Positions 1 to 12,469 of a stretch of 55,697 nucleotides of DNA are shown here, in pieces (position 1 is the first letter of the stretch; each line of letters starts with the position of its first letter). The stretch covers positions 1-55,697 of the forward strand of contig JAIVWI010000001.1 of assembly GCA_048636595.1 (NCBI GenBank), written 5' to 3'. A model generated the notes under the pieces. It was given only the letters and a program-made list of their open reading frames with translations, made no database searches and had not been told where the DNA came from. The DNA is from Oceanospirillum sp. (GTDB taxonomy: Bacteria > Pseudomonadota > Gammaproteobacteria > Xanthomonadales > SZUA-36). Made by a program: the position numbers and the translations under genes.

Positions 1-104
1 TGTCACTGATTGCACCGATTGCGATGGAAGAAGGTCTGCGTTTTGCGATACGCGAAGGCGGACGGACGGTTGGCGCCGGTGTGGTTGCCAAGATCCACGA
101 GTAA
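1..104 (+). CDS. tuf: Elongation factor Tu, 3'-terminal fragment of a second tuf copy (gene begins upstream of the window)
   Basis: Frame starting at nt 3 reads [33 protein letters not shown], then TAA at 102-104. Nt 1-104 are letter-for-letter identical to nt 16632-16735, the end of the complete tuf gene. Confidence 0.95.
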   Translation, partial: SLIAPIAMEEGLRFAIREGGRTVGAGVVAKIHE

Positions 105-158
105 ATAAAGCGGTCTTGGCAGACTGTTTTGAGCGGAAATATTCCGCAGGCTTTGTTT

Positions 159-235
<77 letters not shown>

Positions 236-295
236 TAAACAAGCCTGGCGGAAAGCGAATCCGGGAATCAAGAACATTAAATATGCGTATTGATT

Positions 296-676
296 ATGAG
301 CACTAAGGTAGAAACAGGAAAACCACCTATCGTCAATACTTTGATGTTGGCTGTGGCAGCTGCGCTGCTAATTGCCGGTATCGGGGGTTATTACTATTTC
401 CAGAGCCAGGCTATAACGGCGGTACGAGTAGTGGGCCTGATGGTCGTGGTTGCCGTGGCTTCATTTATCGCCGCGCAGTCTGATCCGGGTTCCGCCTTCT
501 TCCGCTTTTTGAAGGAATCGGATATTGAACGGCGTAAGGTGGTTTGGCCCACGCACCAGGAAACCCTGCAGACAGCTTTGATGGTGGTCATTGTGACCAT
601 CCTGATTTCCCTGTTCCTGGCAGTGGTTGACTGGGGACTGGGCGCCGCGGTGCGTTCGCTGATCGGGGGAGGGTGA
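296..676 (+). CDS. secE: Preprotein translocase subunit SecE
   Basis: Three hydrophobic segments and the conserved [14 protein letters not shown] motif before the last TM (E. coli has RKVIWPTRQETL). ATG at 296 is preferred over the TTG at 290 used by the ORF track. Lies directly upstream of nusG. Confidence 0.9.
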   Translation: MSTKVETGKPPIVNTLMLAVAAALLIAGIGGYYYFQSQAITAVRVVGLMVVVAVASFIAAQSDPGSAFFRFLKESDIERRKVVWPTHQETLQTALMVVIVTILISLFLAVVDWGLGAAVRSLIGGG

Positions 677-683
677 CAGGCGG

Positions 684-1217
684 ATGGCTAAGCGATGGTA
701 CGTGGTTCATGCATACTCAGGTTATGAAAAGCAGGTAAAACGCTCGCTGGAAGACCGCATTGAGCGCGCTGCCATGGAAGAACTGTTCGGCGATGTGCTG
801 GTACCAACGGAAGAAGTTGTTGAAATGAAAGGCGGCCAGAAACGTCGTTCGGACCGCAAGTTCTTCCCTGGTTACGTGTTGGTGGAAATGGTAATGACCG
901 ATGACACCTGGCACCTGGTCAAGGACGTGCCCAAGGTAATGGGCTTTATCGGCGGAACCGCTGAGAAGCCGGCGCCGATCAGTCAGAAAGAAGCCGACGC
1001 CATCCTGAACCGTTTACAGGAAGGCGCCGACAAACCCAGGCCGAAAGTATTATTCGAGCCGGGTGAAATGGTCCGTGTGGTTGACGGCCCGTTCAATGAT
1101 TTCAATGGCGTTGTCGAAGATGTCGACTACGACAAGAGCCGCCTGAAAGTAGCGGTGTTGATTTTTGGACGCTCAACGCCGGTGGAACTGGAGTTTCACC
1201 AGGTTGAGAAGTCCTGA
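684..1217 (+). CDS. nusG: Transcription termination/antitermination factor NusG
   Basis: N-terminus [18 protein letters not shown] (NGN domain) and C-terminal KOW motif [22 protein letters not shown]. Conserved secE-nusG-rplK order. Confidence 0.96.
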   Translation: MAKRWYVVHAYSGYEKQVKRSLEDRIERAAMEELFGDVLVPTEEVVEMKGGQKRRSDRKFFPGYVLVEMVMTDDTWHLVKDVPKVMGFIGGTAEKPAPISQKEADAILNRLQEGADKPRPKVLFEPGEMVRVVDGPFNDFNGVVEDVDYDKSRLKVAVLIFGRSTPVELEFHQVEKS

Positions 1218-1308
1218 TTGCGTCTGACGTTTAAGTCAGGCAATTATTTAAGTAAACGGGGAGCCCAGGCACTGGTTGCCGGGCGATTGAACCCGGGGAG
1301 ATAAGACA

Positions 1309-1743
1309 ATGGCGAAGAAAGTATCAGCTTATATCAAGCTGCAGGTGCCTGCTGGCCAGGCCAATCCGAGTCCACCTGTGGGTCCTGCCCTGGGTCAGCA
1401 CGGTGTCAACATCATGGAGTTCTGCAAAGCATTCAATTCCAAGACACAGAGCATGGAAAGCGGGATGCCGATCCCCGTGATTATCACGGTTTACGGGGAC
1501 CGGAGCTTTACTTTTATTACCAAGACCCCGCCTGCAGCCGTATTGCTGAGAAAGGCGGCAGGCATCCCCAAGGGAAGTGGTGAGCCGAATACCCTTAAAG
1601 TGGGCAATGTCACGCGTGCTCAACTGGAAGAAATTGCCACGGCCAAGGATCCGGATCTTACCGCAGCAGATATGGATGCAGCGGTCAGGACTATTGCCGG
1701 CTCGGCCCGCAGCATGGGTATCACTACTGAGGGGGTTGAGTAA
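1309..1743 (+). CDS. rplK: 50S ribosomal protein L11
   Basis: [43 protein letters not shown] is the conserved L11 N-terminal domain. TAATG overlap with rplA. Confidence 0.97.
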   Translation: MAKKVSAYIKLQVPAGQANPSPPVGPALGQHGVNIMEFCKAFNSKTQSMESGMPIPVIITVYGDRSFTFITKTPPAAVLLRKAAGIPKGSGEPNTLKVGNVTRAQLEEIATAKDPDLTAADMDAAVRTIAGSARSMGITTEGVE

Positions 1744-2438
1744 TGTCCAGGACAGGTAAAAGACTGAATTCAATCCGGGAGCAGATCGAACCCGGAAAAG
1801 CGTACGCGATTGATGAAGCACTCGAAATCCTGAAAAACACCAGCAAGGTCAAGTTCACCGAGTCGGTTGATGTGGCCATCCGCCTGGGGGTCGACTCGCG
1901 AAAGTCAGATCAGAATGTCCGTGGTTCCACCGTTTTACCCAATGGCACCGGTAAGAAAGTGCGGGTTGCTGTTTTTACCCAGGGTGAGAATGTGGAGAAG
2001 GCCGAAGCAGCCGGTGCGGATGTTGTAGGCATGGATGACCTGCATGATCAGATCAAGGAAGGAGATCTCAATTTTGATGTCGTCATTGCGACACCGGATG
2101 CAATGCGCGTGGTTGGCAAACTGGGGCAAATACTGGGCCCGAGAGGTCTGATGCCAAACCCGAAGGTGGGTACGGTGACCACCGATGTCGAAACCGCGGT
2201 GAAGAACGCCAAGTCCGGCCAGGTGCGCTATCGCACGGACAAGGCCGGCATCATCCACTCCACGATCGGCAAAGCTGATTTTGAAGTGGACGCATTGAAG
2301 GGCAATCTTCACGCCTTGATCGGTGACCTGGTCAAGCTGAAGCCTGCTGCTTCCAAAGGTATATATGTTCAAAAGGTGGCGCTGTCGACGACCATGGGCC
2401 CCGGCATCGTGGTCGATAAGGCAACACTGGATTTTTAA
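1743..2438 (+). CDS. rplA: 50S ribosomal protein L1
   Basis: 231-aa ORF with L1-typical [24 protein letters not shown] and [26 protein letters not shown]. Conserved position. Confidence 0.97.
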   Translation: MSRTGKRLNSIREQIEPGKAYAIDEALEILKNTSKVKFTESVDVAIRLGVDSRKSDQNVRGSTVLPNGTGKKVRVAVFTQGENVEKAEAAGADVVGMDDLHDQIKEGDLNFDVVIATPDAMRVVGKLGQILGPRGLMPNPKVGTVTTDVETAVKNAKSGQVRYRTDKAGIIHSTIGKADFEVDALKGNLHALIGDLVKLKPAASKGIYVQKVALSTTMGPGIVVDKATLDF

Positions 2439-2789
2439 ATTTTGTCGCCTGGCTGACACAGCGGGCGATGGATGGACGGGCTGCCCTGTCCCTGGATCGG
2501 TTTTTAGAGCCTGCAATGGCCCAAACCGGCCCGGTGGAGAGGATAGACCGTCAGAGACCGCAGGTGCGGTGTCTCCACGATAGTTTGGGTGGAGGCCTGT
2601 TTAAGGGTGAACCGGGTAACCGGTCACAGCCTGCGCAGATGGTGGCAGCCCCGCTACTCAATTGAGACTGTAGTCGAGATTGTGGGGATTCAAGGCTGAC
2701 AAGTTTCAGCTCGATTGAGTAGCGGGGTATCCACTGGAACCGAGTCTGGTTGCCGGTTTACCGGCGATGACGACTCCAGGAGGTAACCA
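2439..2789 (+). promoter_or_regulatory. rplJ (L10) leader region, expected site of the L10 promoter and L10/L12 autoregulatory mRNA structure
   Basis: 351-nt non-coding gap before rplJ, as in E. coli. A long-range stem pairs CCCCGCTACTCAATTGAG (2649-2666) with CTCGATTGAGTAGCGGGG (2710-2727), 17 of 18 by eye. AGGAGG lies just before the ATG. Assignment to the L10-leader family is by position only. Confidence 0.55.
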
Positions 2790-3317
2790 ATGGCGCTCAG
2801 TATTGAGCAGAAGAAAGCAGTAGTTGCTGAAGTGGCCGAGGTGGCCAACAAGGCACTTGCCGCTGTTGCTGCAGAGTATCGCGGATTGACCGTTGAGGAA
2901 ATGACCGAATTGCGTGCCCAGGCCCGCACTGATGGTGTTTTTCTCAAGGTCGCCAAGAATACCCTGGTGCGCAGGGCCGTTGAAGGTACCGAATACGAAT
3001 GCATGCAAGATTCGCTAACAGGACCACTCCTGTTCGCTTTCAGCATGGAAGATCCTGGTGCTGCTGCACGCCTGGTCAAGGGCTATGCAGAAGATCATGA
3101 CAATCTCATTGCAAAGCTTGTTGCAGTGGGTGGGGAGTTGTACGACGCGTCCGAACTGACACGTCTGGCCAGCTTGCCAACCTACGATCAGGCCATCGCG
3201 ATGTTGATGAGTGTGATGAAAGCGCCGATCGAGAAATTCGTGCGGACCCTTGCCGAACCGCATACCAAGCTGGTTCGGACCATGGCTGCTGTAAATGATG
3301 CACAGCAGGCTGCTTGA
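2790..3317 (+). CDS. rplJ: 50S ribosomal protein L10
   Basis: MALSIEQKKAVVAEVAEVANKALAAVAAEYRGLTVEEMTELR is typical of L10. Lies between rplA and rplL. Confidence 0.97.
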   Translation: MALSIEQKKAVVAEVAEVANKALAAVAAEYRGLTVEEMTELRAQARTDGVFLKVAKNTLVRRAVEGTEYECMQDSLTGPLLFAFSMEDPGAAARLVKGYAEDHDNLIAKLVAVGGELYDASELTRLASLPTYDQAIAMLMSVMKAPIEKFVRTLAEPHTKLVRTMAAVNDAQQAA

Positions 3318-3387
3318 AATTTTTAACCCTTTTTATTAATCACACAGTGGGACCAAAGCCCCTGTAATTACAAAGATGGAGACGACA

Positions 3388-3765
3388 ATGGCCGTTTCAA
3401 AAGAAGATATCCTGGAAACAATTTCCAACATGAGTGTGATGGACGTCGTAGACCTCATCAGTGCAATGGAAGAAAAATTTGGTGTTTCAGCCGCTGCAGC
3501 GGTAGCTGTTGCTGCCGGCCCTGCTGGTGGTGAAGCCGTTGCTGAGGTAGAACAGACTGAATTTGACGTGCATATGTCTTCCTTCGGCGCGAAGAAGGTG
3601 CCGGTGATCAAGGTTGTACGTGAAATTACCGGCCTGGGCTTGAAAGAGGCCAAGGATCTGGTAGAAAGCGCGCCTGCCAATATCAAGGAAGCTGTTACCA
3701 AAGAAGAAGCTGAGGAAGTCGCGAAGAAGCTCGAAGAAGTTGGTGCTTCTGTCGAGGTTAAGTAA
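3388..3765 (+). CDS. rplL: 50S ribosomal protein L7/L12
   Basis: [33 protein letters not shown], an Ala-rich hinge, and C-terminal [22 protein letters not shown] at 3388 follows GGAG (3378-3381); the ORF-track start at 3376 would overlap that SD. Confidence 0.95.
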   Translation: MAVSKEDILETISNMSVMDVVDLISAMEEKFGVSAAAAVAVAAGPAGGEAVAEVEQTEFDVHMSSFGAKKVPVIKVVREITGLGLKEAKDLVESAPANIKEAVTKEEAEEVAKKLEEVGASVEVK

Positions 3766-3795
3766 ATCTTCTTCCCTGATTTTCGGGGTTTGAAA

Positions 3796-3845
3796 GAAGC
3801 TGGCTGGGGACAATAGTCTCCGGCCTGCTTCTGCTTGTATTTCTA
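3796..3845 (+). terminator. rplL-rpoB intergenic hairpin, candidate partial terminator (attenuator)
   Basis: GAAGCTGGCTGGGGAC (3796-3811), loop AATA, then GTCTCCGGCCTGCTTC (3816-3831). These pair with 13 Watson-Crick pairs plus 2 G-U, followed by T-rich TGCTTGTATTTCT. An attenuator at this position is established in E. coli. Confidence 0.55.
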
Positions 3846-3879
3846 CGAATTTTGATCGTTTTATAGGCGGAATCAGAAC

Positions 3880-6800
3880 ATGAGTTACTCTTTTACGGAA
3901 AAAAAGCGCATTCGCAAGGATTTCGGCAAACGCACGTCCGTTCTCGATGTGCCTTACCTGCTGGAAACGCAAATCCGCTCCTACCGGGAGTATTTGCAAC
4001 TTGAAGTTCCAGCGGATGAGAGGCGTGAGCGAGGCCTTCATGGAGCGCTGAAATCGGTATTTCCCATCGTTGCCTATTCGGGTAACGCTGCGCTTGAGTA
4101 TGTAAGCTACAAGCTGGGCAAGCCTGTTTTCGATGTGAAAGAGTGCAAATTGCGGGGCATGTCCTATGGCGCACCCCTGCGCGTGAAGGTCCGCCTGGTC
4201 ATTTATGACAGGGAGAGTTCCGCCAAGGTCAAGCCGGTCAAGTTTGTCAAAGAGCAAGAGGTCTATATGGGCGACCTGCCGCTGATGACGGAAACCGGTA
4301 CTTTCATCGTCAACGGCACGGAACGGGTCATCGTTTCGCAGTTGCACCGCTCGCCAGGCGTGTTTTTTGACCACGACAAGGGCAAGACCCACTCCAGTGG
4401 TAAGTTACTGTTTTCAGCCCGGGTCATCCCTTACCGCGGCTCATGGCTGGATTTCGAATTTGACCCGAAAGACGGCATCTACACACGTATTGATCGTCGC
4501 CGTAAGCTACCGGTGACCATCCTGCTTCGTGCATTGGGGATGAACAACGAAGAAATTCTGGATACCTTTTTCGAGACCACCAAGGTCACGCTGAAGAAAT
4601 CCGGGGCCAAACTGGCACTGATACCTGAGCGCCTGCGTGGTGAGACCGCCTTTTTTGACATCCGCAGCAAAACCGGAAAGATGCTGGTGGCCAAAGGCAA
4701 GCGGATCACGGCCCGGCATATCAAAATGATCGAGGAAGCAGGTGTAAAAGCACTTGAAGTACCTGATGAGTACCTGATTGGTAAAATTGTCGCAAATGCT
4801 GTCATTGACAAGAAGTCTGGTGAGGTTTTAGCTGAGGCGAATGCCGAACTGACCGAAGAGTTGTTGGAGACGCTTCGCGATGCAGGCATCAAGAGCCTGA
4901 ATATTCTCCATGTGAACGACCTGGACCACGGTCCGTATATTTCCAACACGCTGAGGGTCGACCCGACAACGAATGAATTGGAAGCACTGGTCGATATCTA
5001 TCGAATGATGCGTCCCGGTGAGCCGCCGACCAAGGACGCGGCGCAAAATCTGTTCAGGAACCTGTTCTTTGCCGAGGAGCGCTACGACCTGTCCGGTGTG
5101 GGCCGGATGAAGTTCAATCGTCGCGTGGGCAGATCCGAAATTGAAGGCCCGGGTGTGCTGAATCGCGAAGACATCCTTGCAGTCCTGCGCGTGCTGATCG
5201 ACATCCGTAACGGCAAAGGCAGCGTTGATGATATCGATCACCTTGGCAACCGCCGTGTGCGCAGCGTGGGTGAAATGGCCGAGAACGTGTTCCGTGTCGG
5301 CCTGGTTCGCGTCGAACGTGCGGTCCGCGAACGGCTTTCGGTGGCCGAAAGTGAAGGCTTGTCACCACAGGAACTGATCAATGCCAAGCCGGTTGCCGCT
5401 GCGGTGAAGGAATTCTTTGGCTCTTCACAGCTTAGCCAGTTCATGGATCAAAATAATCCGCTTTCCGAAGTAACGCACAAACGCCGGGTATCGGCGCTTG
5501 GCCCGGGTGGACTGACACGCGAACGTGCGGGCTTCGAGGTTCGTGACGTACACCCAACTCATTACGGCCGCGTCTGTCCGATTGAAACACCGGAAGGCCC
5601 GAACATTGGACTGATTAACTCACTTGCTGTTTACGCAAGAACCAACGATTACGGTTTCCTGGAAACCCCTTACCGGAAAGTGATTGACGGTAAAGCGACT
5701 GCGGATGTCGAGTACCTGTCCGCCATCGTCGAAGGCGATTTCGTCATTGCCCAGGCCAATGCAGAACTGGATAAGAGCGGCAGATTTGTTGATGATTTCA
5801 TACCCTGTCGTCACCAGGGAGAGTTTACGCTAAAGGGACCATCCGAAATTAACTACATGGACGTGTCTCCCAAACAGATTGTTTCGGTAGCAGCATCCCT
5901 GGTTCCGTTCCTGGAACACGATGATGCCAACCGCGCCTTGATGGGCTCCAATATGCAGCGCCAGGCCGTGCCGACGCTCAGGGCGGAAAAGCCGCTGGTG
6001 GGTACCGGCATGGAGCGCGTCGTTGCAACGGATTCCGGTGTGACAGCCGTGGCGAAACGCGGTGGCGTGATTGACCAGGTTGACGCTGGCCGGATCGTGG
6101 TGCGCGTCAACGAGGAAGAAGTTCCGGCCGATGATCCCGGTGTGGACATTTATAACCTGACCAAGTACCAGCGTTCAAACCAGAACACCTGCATGAATCA
6201 GCGACCGCTGGTTAGCATAGGTGACCGGGTCTCGGCCGGCGACGTACTTGCCGATGGGCCGTCCACGGACCTGGGTGAACTGGCGCTGGGCCAGAATATG
6301 CTGGTTGCGTTCATGCCCTGGAACGGTTACAACTTCGAAGACTCCATCCTGATCTCGGAGCGTGTTGTCGAGGAAGACCGCTACACGACGATCCACATCG
6401 AAGAGCTTACTTGTGTGGCGCGCGACACCAAGCTGGGTTCCGAGGAAATCACGGCTGATATCCCCAATGTGGGTGAGCATAACCTCAACAAGCTGGACCA
6501 GTCAGGTATTGTCTACATTGGCGCCGAGGTAAGCGCCGGCGACATCCTGGTTGGCAAGGTCACGCCCAAGGGCGAAACCCAGCTGACACCGGAAGAAAAG
6601 CTGCTGCGCGCCATTTTTGGCGAGAAAGCGTCGGATGTTAAGGATACTTCCCTGCGCGTTTCCAGCGGCATGGATGGGACCGTAATTGACGTGCAGGTAT
6701 TCACCCGTGACGGTGTAGAAAAAGACGAGCGCGCCATGTCCATTGAAAAGGAACAGCTGCGCCATGTTCGCAAAGACCTCGATGATCAGCTGCGCATCGT

Positions 6801-7962
6801 GGAAAACATCATTTTCCATCGGTTGGAAGACGCACTGGTAGGCAAAGTGGCTGATAAGGGCCCGGCGGGCCTTAAGAAGGGCAGCAAGATAAGTACAACA
6901 TACCTTGCCGGCCTGGACCGGGAGGACTGGTTCAGTCTCCGCATGCGCACCGATGCCATCAATGAACTGCTGGAACAGATGGCCGACCAGTTGAAGGAAC
7001 AGCGCAAGGGATTCGATGCCCGCTTCGAAGAGAAGAAAGGCAAAATCGTCCAGGGTGATGACCTCGCTCCCGGAGTACTCAAGATGGTCAAAGTCTACAT
7101 GGCTGTCAGGCGACGCATTCAACCGGGGGATAAAATGGCCGGCCGCCACGGTAACAAGGGTGTGATCTCGATGATTGTGCCGACCGAGGACATGCCGTTC
7201 ATGGAAGACGGTACACCGATCGATATCGTATTGAACCCGCTGGGTGTGCCCTCACGAATGAATATTGGCCAGGTGCTGGAAGTGCACCTGGGCTGGGCAG
7301 CCAAAGGGCTGGGTCACCGTATCAGTGAAATGTTGGCGCAAAAGGACAAGATTGCCAATATCCGTAAGTTCCTGGGTGAAATCTATAACAGTGACCGCAA
7401 GGGCCGGGTTGACATGGCTGAGTTCTCTGATGAGGAGGTCTTGACCATGGCGCAAAACCTGGAGCAGGGCGTGCCCATGGCCACGCCGGTGTTTGACGGG
7501 GCGAATGAACAGGAAATCAAGCATCTGCTCGAGCTCGCGCAATTGCCGCAAAGCGGTCAGACCATTCTGTACAACGGCCGTACCGGCGATCCGTTTGAGC
7601 GCCCGATTACGGTTGGTTACATGTACATGCTGAAACTAAACCACCTGGTGGATGACAAGATGCACGCCCGTTCTACCGGTCCGTACAGCCTGGTGACCCA
7701 GCAGCCGTTAGGCGGCAAAGCGCAGTTTGGTGGACAGCGGTTTGGCGAGATGGAAGTCTGGGCGCTGGAAGCTTACGGCGCAGCGTATACGTTGCAGGAA
7801 ATGCTGACCGTCAAGTCTGACGACGTCAGTGGCCGCAACCAGATGTACAAAAATATTGTCGATGGGAATCACCAGATGGCGGCAGGCATGCCTGAATCCT
7901 TTAATGTGCTTGTGAAAGAAATTCGCTCACTGGGCATCAACATTGAACTTGAAGAAACCTGA
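3880..7962 (+). CDS. rpoB: DNA-directed RNA polymerase subunit beta
   Basis: 1360-aa ORF with [10 protein letters not shown] and [15 protein letters not shown] motifs and an N-terminus [17 protein letters not shown] like E. coli RpoB. Confidence 0.99.
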   Translation: MSYSFTEKKRIRKDFGKRTSVLDVPYLLETQIRSYREYLQLEVPADERRERGLHGALKSVFPIVAYSGNAALEYVSYKLGKPVFDVKECKLRGMSYGAPLRVKVRLVIYDRESSAKVKPVKFVKEQEVYMGDLPLMTETGTFIVNGTERVIVSQLHRSPGVFFDHDKGKTHSSGKLLFSARVIPYRGSWLDFEFDPKDGIYTRIDRRRKLPVTILLRALGMNNEEILDTFFETTKVTLKKSGAKLALIPERLRGETAFFDIRSKTGKMLVAKGKRITARHIKMIEEAGVKALEVPDEYLIGKIVANAVIDKKSGEVLAEANAELTEELLETLRDAGIKSLNILHVNDLDHGPYISNTLRVDPTTNELEALVDIYRMMRPGEPPTKDAAQNLFRNLFFAEERYDLSGVGRMKFNRRVGRSEIEGPGVLNREDILAVLRVLIDIRNGKGSVDDIDHLGNRRVRSVGEMAENVFRVGLVRVERAVRERLSVAESEGLSPQELINAKPVAAAVKEFFGSSQLSQFMDQNNPLSEVTHKRRVSALGPGGLTRERAGFEVRDVHPTHYGRVCPIETPEGPNIGLINSLAVYARTNDYGFLETPYRKVIDGKATADVEYLSAIVEGDFVIAQANAELDKSGRFVDDFIPCRHQGEFTLKGPSEINYMDVSPKQIVSVAASLVPFLEHDDANRALMGSNMQRQAVPTLRAEKPLVGTGMERVVATDSGVTAVAKRGGVIDQVDAGRIVVRVNEEEVPADDPGVDIYNLTKYQRSNQNTCMNQRPLVSIGDRVSAGDVLADGPSTDLGELALGQNMLVAFMPWNGYNFEDSILISERVVEEDRYTTIHIEELTCVARDTKLGSEEITADIPNVGEHNLNKLDQSGIVYIGAEVSAGDILVGKVTPKGETQLTPEEKLLRAIFGEKASDVKDTSLRVSSGMDGTVIDVQVFTRDGVEKDERAMSIEKEQLRHVRKDLDDQLRIVENIIFHRLEDALVGKVADKGPAGLKKGSKISTTYLAGLDREDWFSLRMRTDAINELLEQMADQLKEQRKGFDARFEEKKGKIVQGDDLAPGVLKMVKVYMAVRRRIQPGDKMAGRHGNKGVISMIVPTEDMPFMEDGTPIDIVLNPLGVPSRMNIGQVLEVHLGWAAKGLGHRISEMLAQKDKIANIRKFLGEIYNSDRKGRVDMAEFSDEEVLTMAQNLEQGVPMATPVFDGANEQEIKHLLELAQLPQSGQTILYNGRTGDPFERPITVGYMYMLKLNHLVDDKMHARSTGPYSLVTQQPLGGKAQFGGQRFGEMEVWALEAYGAAYTLQEMLTVKSDDVSGRNQMYKNIVDGNHQMAAGMPESFNVLVKEIRSLGINIELEET

Positions 7963-7979
7963 TTAGGAGGAGATAGGCA

Positions 7980-10900
7980 ATGAGAGACCTACTCAATCTC
8001 TATGGAAGACAGCGTCAGCCGCTTAATTTTGACGCAATACGGATCGGTCTTGCACCGCCAGACTTGATTCGCTCCTGGTCTTTTGGTGAGGTGAAAAAAC
8101 CGGAAACGATCAATTACCGTACGTTCAAGCCAGAGCGTGATGGATTGTTCTGCGCGGCAATTTTTGGCCCGGTCAAAGATTACGAATGCCTTTGCGGCAA
8201 ATACAAACGCATGAAACACCGTGGTGTTGTTTGTGAAAAATGCGGCACAGAGGTCACCCTGACCAAGGTTCGCCGTGAACGCATGGCCCATATCGAACTG
8301 GCCAGCCCGGTGGCGCACATCTGGTTTCTGAAGTCACTGCCGTCCCGAATCGGCCTGATGCTGGATATGACCCTGCGCGATATTGAGCGGATTCTCTATT
8401 TTGAATCCTATGTCGTTCTCGATGCGGGAATGACGACACTGGAACGAGGTCAGTTGCTCACCGATGAGCAGTACCTGGACACGATGGAAGAGTGGGGTGA
8501 CGAATTTAACGCCAAGATGGGTGCAGAAGCCATTCGTGAGCTTCTGAAAGACATCAACCTCAAAGAACAAGCCGTGAGCTTACGCGAAGAAGTGGGGGCT
8601 ACGCGTTCTGTCACCAAACTGAAACGCCTGTCCAAGCGCCTCAAACTGGTGGAAGGTTTCCTCGAATCAGGCAACCGCCCTGAATTCATGATCATGACGG
8701 TGCTGCCGGTGCTGCCGCCTGACCTGCGTCCGCTGGTGCCACTGGATGGCGGCCGTTTCGCCACGTCAGATCTCAATGACCTGTATCGTCGCGCGATCAA
8801 TCGCAACAACCGGCTGAAGCGCCTGCTGGAGCTCAATGCGCCGGACATTATCGTGCGTAACGAAAAGCGAATGTTGCAGGAAGCCGTTGATGCCCTGCTG
8901 GATAATGGCCGCCGCGGCCGTGCGATCACCGGCACCAATAAGCGTCCATTGAAATCCCTGGCCGATATGATCAAGGGCAAACAGGGGCGTTTCCGGCAGA
9001 ACTTGCTGGGCAAACGAGTCGACTACTCAGGTCGTTCAGTTATCGTGGTTGGCCCAAAACTCAGGCTGCATGAATGTGGATTGCCCAAGAAAATGGCGCT
9101 GGAATTGTTCAAGCCGTTTATTTTCAGCAAGCTGCAGCGACGGGGTATGGCTGCCACCATCAAGGCTGCCAAAAAGCTGGTCGAGTCGGAAGGCGCCGAG
9201 GTATGGGATATCCTGTCTGAGGTAATCCGCGAACATCCGGTCATGTTGAACCGGGCGCCGACCTTACACAGGCTGGGCATCCAGGCATTCGAGCCGGTAC
9301 TGATCGAGGGCAAGGCCATCCAGCTCCATCCGCTGGTGTGTACTGCCTTCAATGCCGACTTCGATGGCGACCAGATGGCCGTACACATTCCGCTGTCGGT
9401 TGAAGCACAGCTGGAAGCCCGTGCATTGATGATGTCAACCAACAATATCCTTTCACCGGCCAATGGTGAACCCATCATTGTCCCGACCCAGGATGTAGTG
9501 CTCGGCCTGTATTACATGACTCGCCAACTGGTCGGTTCGAAGGGCGAGGGTATGTACTTCAGCGATATTGACGAAGTGCATCGGGCGTTCGAAAACAAGG
9601 CGGTGCAACTGCACGCAAGTATTAAAGTTCGCATTGATGAAACCATCATCTCGGAACACGGTGAAGAACGGCATGAAACCAGCCTGGTGGAAACCACGGT
9701 GGGTCGCGCCCTGCTGGCTGAAATCCGGCCTGAGGGTATGCCGTTTCACATGTTGAACAAAACGCTGAAAAAGAAACAGATTTCCGGACTGATCAACTCC
9801 TGTTACCGGCGCCTCGGTTTGAAAAAGACGGTGGTGTTTGCGGACCAGTTGATGTACACCGGATTCCATTACGCCACCCTGTCCGGTGTATCAATCGGGA
9901 TTGACGATCTGGTAGTGCCGGACGAGAAAAAGAGCATACTTGCGGCTGCTGAATCCGAAGTTGTGGAAATTCAGCACCAGTACGTATCTGGCCTGGTGAC
10001 ATCCGGAGAGCGCTACAACAAGGTCGTGGACATTTGGTCGCGCACCAACGAACAGGTCGCCCGTGCAATGATGCAGGGCATGGGCAAGAGCCTGGTCAAG
10101 GATAGTGAAGGGAAAACAGTGGAGGAAGACTCCATGAATTCCATTTTCATCATGGCCGACTCCGGCGCCCGGGGCTCTGCTGCGCAGATCAGGCAGTTGG
10201 CGGGAATGCGAGGCCTGATGGCCAAGCCGGACGGATCCATTATCGAGACTCCAATCACGGCCAATTTCCGTGAAGGGCTGGATGTGCTGCAGTACTTCAT
10301 TTCAACCCATGGTGCGCGTAAAGGTCTGGCCGATACGGCCCTGAAGACCGCGAACTCCGGTTACCTGACCCGGCGCCTGGTGGATGTTGCCCAGGATCTG
10401 GTCACTACCGCAGTTGACTGCAAGACCGAACGTGGCGTGACCATGCACCCGATCGTTGAAGGCGGTGATGTTGTGGAGCCGCTGCGTGAGCGCGTACTGG
10501 GCCGAATGGTGGCGCAGGATATCCTGAAGCCGGGCACCGACGAAGTATTGGTCGCCCGTAACACCCTGCTCGACGAACGGCAGGTCGAAGAGTTGGAGGA
10601 TGCAGGTGTCGACCGGGTGCTGGTGCGTTCCACCATTACCTGTGAAACCCGGCATGGCGTGTGTACCTACTGCTATGGCCGTGACCTGGCGCGTGGCCAT
10701 CTGGTCAATATCGGTGAGGCGGTCGGTGTGATCGCGGCTCAATCCATCGGCGAGCCGGGTACACAGCTGACGATGCGTACCTTCCACATCGGTGGTGCGG
10801 CATCGCGGGATGCTGCCGTGGATCATATCCAGGTGAAATCCAGCGGTTCGGTTCGCCTGCACAATATGAAAACAGTTGTAAACGCCGACAGGAAACTGGT

Positions 10901-12191
10901 AGCAGTTTCGAGATCCGGTGAATTGTCGGTTATCGACGAGCATGGCCGGGAGCGTGAACGTTACAAGGTTCCATACGGCGCGATCCTTTCGATACGCGAT
11001 GGAAAAGCCGTCAAAGCCGGTGATGTGACAGCGAACTGGGATCCGCATACACACCCGATCGTAACCGAAGTGGCCGGTAAGGTAACTTTCCACGAAATCA
11101 TCGACGGCGTAACGGTCAATGAAGTGGTGGATGACGTCACCGGCCTGACCAGTCTGATCGTGACGGATCCCAAGCAGCGTGGCACCGAAGGCAAGGATTT
11201 ACGTCCGATGATCAGCCTGGTCAACAAAAAGGGCAAGGAACTGTTCCTCGCCGGAACGGAAATCCCAGCTCATTACTTCCTCCAATCCGGATCCATCGTG
11301 CAGATGCAGGACGGTCAGGATGTGAAGGTGGGTGACGTACTGGCGCGCATTCCCCAGGAGTCATCGAAGACACGAGACATCACCGGTGGTTTGCCCCGTG
11401 TTGCTGATTTGTTCGAGGCACGTAAGCCGAAAGAAGCCTCTATCCTGGCGGAAGTTTCCGGCATTGTCAGCTTTGGGAAGGACACCAAGGGCAAGCAGCG
11501 CCTGGTGATTACGCAAGATGAAGATGAACATTACGAGGAATTGATTCCCAAGTGGCGTCATGTGATCGTCTTCGAGGGTGAACGCGTAGAAAAAGGTGAA
11601 ACCATCGTCATTGGCGAGCGGGATCCGCATGACATTCTCCGCCTGCTTGGTGTGGAAGCACTGAATGACTATCTTGTAAAAGAAATCCAGGATGTGTACC
11701 GCTTGCAGGGTGTGAGAATAAACGACAAGCAGATCGAGGTCATCGTTCGCCAGATGCTGCGCAAAGTCGAAGTCAAGGATCCCGGCGACACCAAGTTGTT
11801 GCGTGGTGAACAACTCGATGTATTCCGCTTGAAGGAAGAAAATGTGGCGGTTGAAAAAGAGGGTGGCCGGCCGGCAGAGTACCAGAGGATTCTGCTTGGT
11901 ATCACTAAAGCATCTCTGGCCACAGAGTCTTTCATCTCTGCGGCGTCCTTCCAGGAAACCACCAGGGTGTTGACCGAAGCTGCAGTGCGCGGCACAACGG
12001 ATCATTTGCGTGGACTCAAGGAGAATGTGATCGTCGGTCGTCTGATACCGGCGGGTACGGGTATGGCTTACCACAAGTCCCGCAAACGCCAGGCGGAAGA
12101 AGAGCCTGGAATTGACCTGGCTGCACTTGCTTCGGCTATCGCTGCGGAAGAATTTGCCAACCTGGACAAGGAGGCCGAGAAGAGCAAGTAA
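7980..12191 (+). CDS. rpoC: DNA-directed RNA polymerase subunit beta'
   Basis: 1403-aa ORF with the Zn-finger [20 protein letters not shown] and catalytic [18 protein letters not shown] lies upstream of the ATG. Confidence 0.99.
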   Translation: MRDLLNLYGRQRQPLNFDAIRIGLAPPDLIRSWSFGEVKKPETINYRTFKPERDGLFCAAIFGPVKDYECLCGKYKRMKHRGVVCEKCGTEVTLTKVRRERMAHIELASPVAHIWFLKSLPSRIGLMLDMTLRDIERILYFESYVVLDAGMTTLERGQLLTDEQYLDTMEEWGDEFNAKMGAEAIRELLKDINLKEQAVSLREEVGATRSVTKLKRLSKRLKLVEGFLESGNRPEFMIMTVLPVLPPDLRPLVPLDGGRFATSDLNDLYRRAINRNNRLKRLLELNAPDIIVRNEKRMLQEAVDALLDNGRRGRAITGTNKRPLKSLADMIKGKQGRFRQNLLGKRVDYSGRSVIVVGPKLRLHECGLPKKMALELFKPFIFSKLQRRGMAATIKAAKKLVESEGAEVWDILSEVIREHPVMLNRAPTLHRLGIQAFEPVLIEGKAIQLHPLVCTAFNADFDGDQMAVHIPLSVEAQLEARALMMSTNNILSPANGEPIIVPTQDVVLGLYYMTRQLVGSKGEGMYFSDIDEVHRAFENKAVQLHASIKVRIDETIISEHGEERHETSLVETTVGRALLAEIRPEGMPFHMLNKTLKKKQISGLINSCYRRLGLKKTVVFADQLMYTGFHYATLSGVSIGIDDLVVPDEKKSILAAAESEVVEIQHQYVSGLVTSGERYNKVVDIWSRTNEQVARAMMQGMGKSLVKDSEGKTVEEDSMNSIFIMADSGARGSAAQIRQLAGMRGLMAKPDGSIIETPITANFREGLDVLQYFISTHGARKGLADTALKTANSGYLTRRLVDVAQDLVTTAVDCKTERGVTMHPIVEGGDVVEPLRERVLGRMVAQDILKPGTDEVLVARNTLLDERQVEELEDAGVDRVLVRSTITCETRHGVCTYCYGRDLARGHLVNIGEAVGVIAAQSIGEPGTQLTMRTFHIGGAASRDAAVDHIQVKSSGSVRLHNMKTVVNADRKLVAVSRSGELSVIDEHGRERERYKVPYGAILSIRDGKAVKAGDVTANWDPHTHPIVTEVAGKVTFHEIIDGVTVNEVVDDVTGLTSLIVTDPKQRGTEGKDLRPMISLVNKKGKELFLAGTEIPAHYFLQSGSIVQMQDGQDVKVGDVLARIPQESSKTRDITGGLPRVADLFEARKPKEASILAEVSGIVSFGKDTKGKQRLVITQDEDEHYEELIPKWRHVIVFEGERVEKGETIVIGERDPHDILRLLGVEALNDYLVKEIQDVYRLQGVRINDKQIEVIVRQMLRKVEVKDPGDTKLLRGEQLDVFRLKEENVAVEKEGGRPAEYQRILLGITKASLATESFISAASFQETTRVLTEAAVRGTTDHLRGLKENVIVGRLIPAGTGMAYHKSRKRQAEEEPGIDLAALASAIAAEEFANLDKEAEKSK

Positions 12192-12199
12192 ATATTGAT

Positions 12200-12254
12200 G
12201 TAAGAGCCCGCTTGCGGGCGAAAACCTGCGTTGCGCCCGCAAGCGGGCTCTTAC
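12200..12254 (+). terminator. Perfect 21-bp hairpin 9 nt after the rpoC stop (3'-end or termination structure, non-canonical)
   Basis: GTAAGAGCCCGCTTGCGGGCG (12200-12220) and CGCCCGCAAGCGGGCTCTTAC (12234-12254) are exact reverse complements with a 13-nt loop. They are followed by A7 rather than a T-run, so this is not a textbook intrinsic terminator. Confidence 0.45.
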
Positions 12255-12276
12255 AAAAAAATATTAACTTCGGGTG

Positions 12277-12305
12277 TTGTCAGGGAGCGTGAACCCTGTC
12301 ATAAT
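12277..12305 (+). promoter_or_regulatory. Candidate sigma70 promoter of the str operon (rpsL-rpsG-fusA-tuf)
   Basis: TTGTCA (12277-12282), a 17-nt spacer, then CATAAT (12300-12305), about 165 nt upstream of the rpsL ATG. Hand-spotted only. Confidence 0.45.
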
Positions 12306-12469
12306 TGTTCGGCTAAGACAACTGAACCCCTCCCGAAGGAGGGCCGTGCGGTAAAAAGACCGTTACGGAGAGCCGATGTCGCCGGCGCGTGGGCCGGACT
12401 CAACGGCGCCCAATCCCGGGCAATATACTGCGGGGTTGGGCGTTTGGCATTATCAGAAAAGGTATAAAT

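Noticed and set aside
3487-4392. 301-aa minus-strand ORF antisense to rplL and the start of rpoB
   Set aside because: It lies entirely opposite two unmistakable highly conserved genes. Its composition is Arg/Ala/Leu-rich, typical of antisense frames in GC-rich DNA, and it has no start context.
11361-12242. 293-aa minus-strand ORF antisense to the 3' end of rpoC
   Set aside because: Same reasoning: an antisense shadow ORF of a conserved gene. It also runs through the post-rpoC hairpin.
12231-12467. 78-aa ORF in the rpoC-rpsL intergenic region
   Set aside because: It starts inside the rpoC hairpin and spans the predicted str promoter and rpsL leader. It has no SD and a biased Arg/Ala/Gly composition, so it is most likely non-coding leader.
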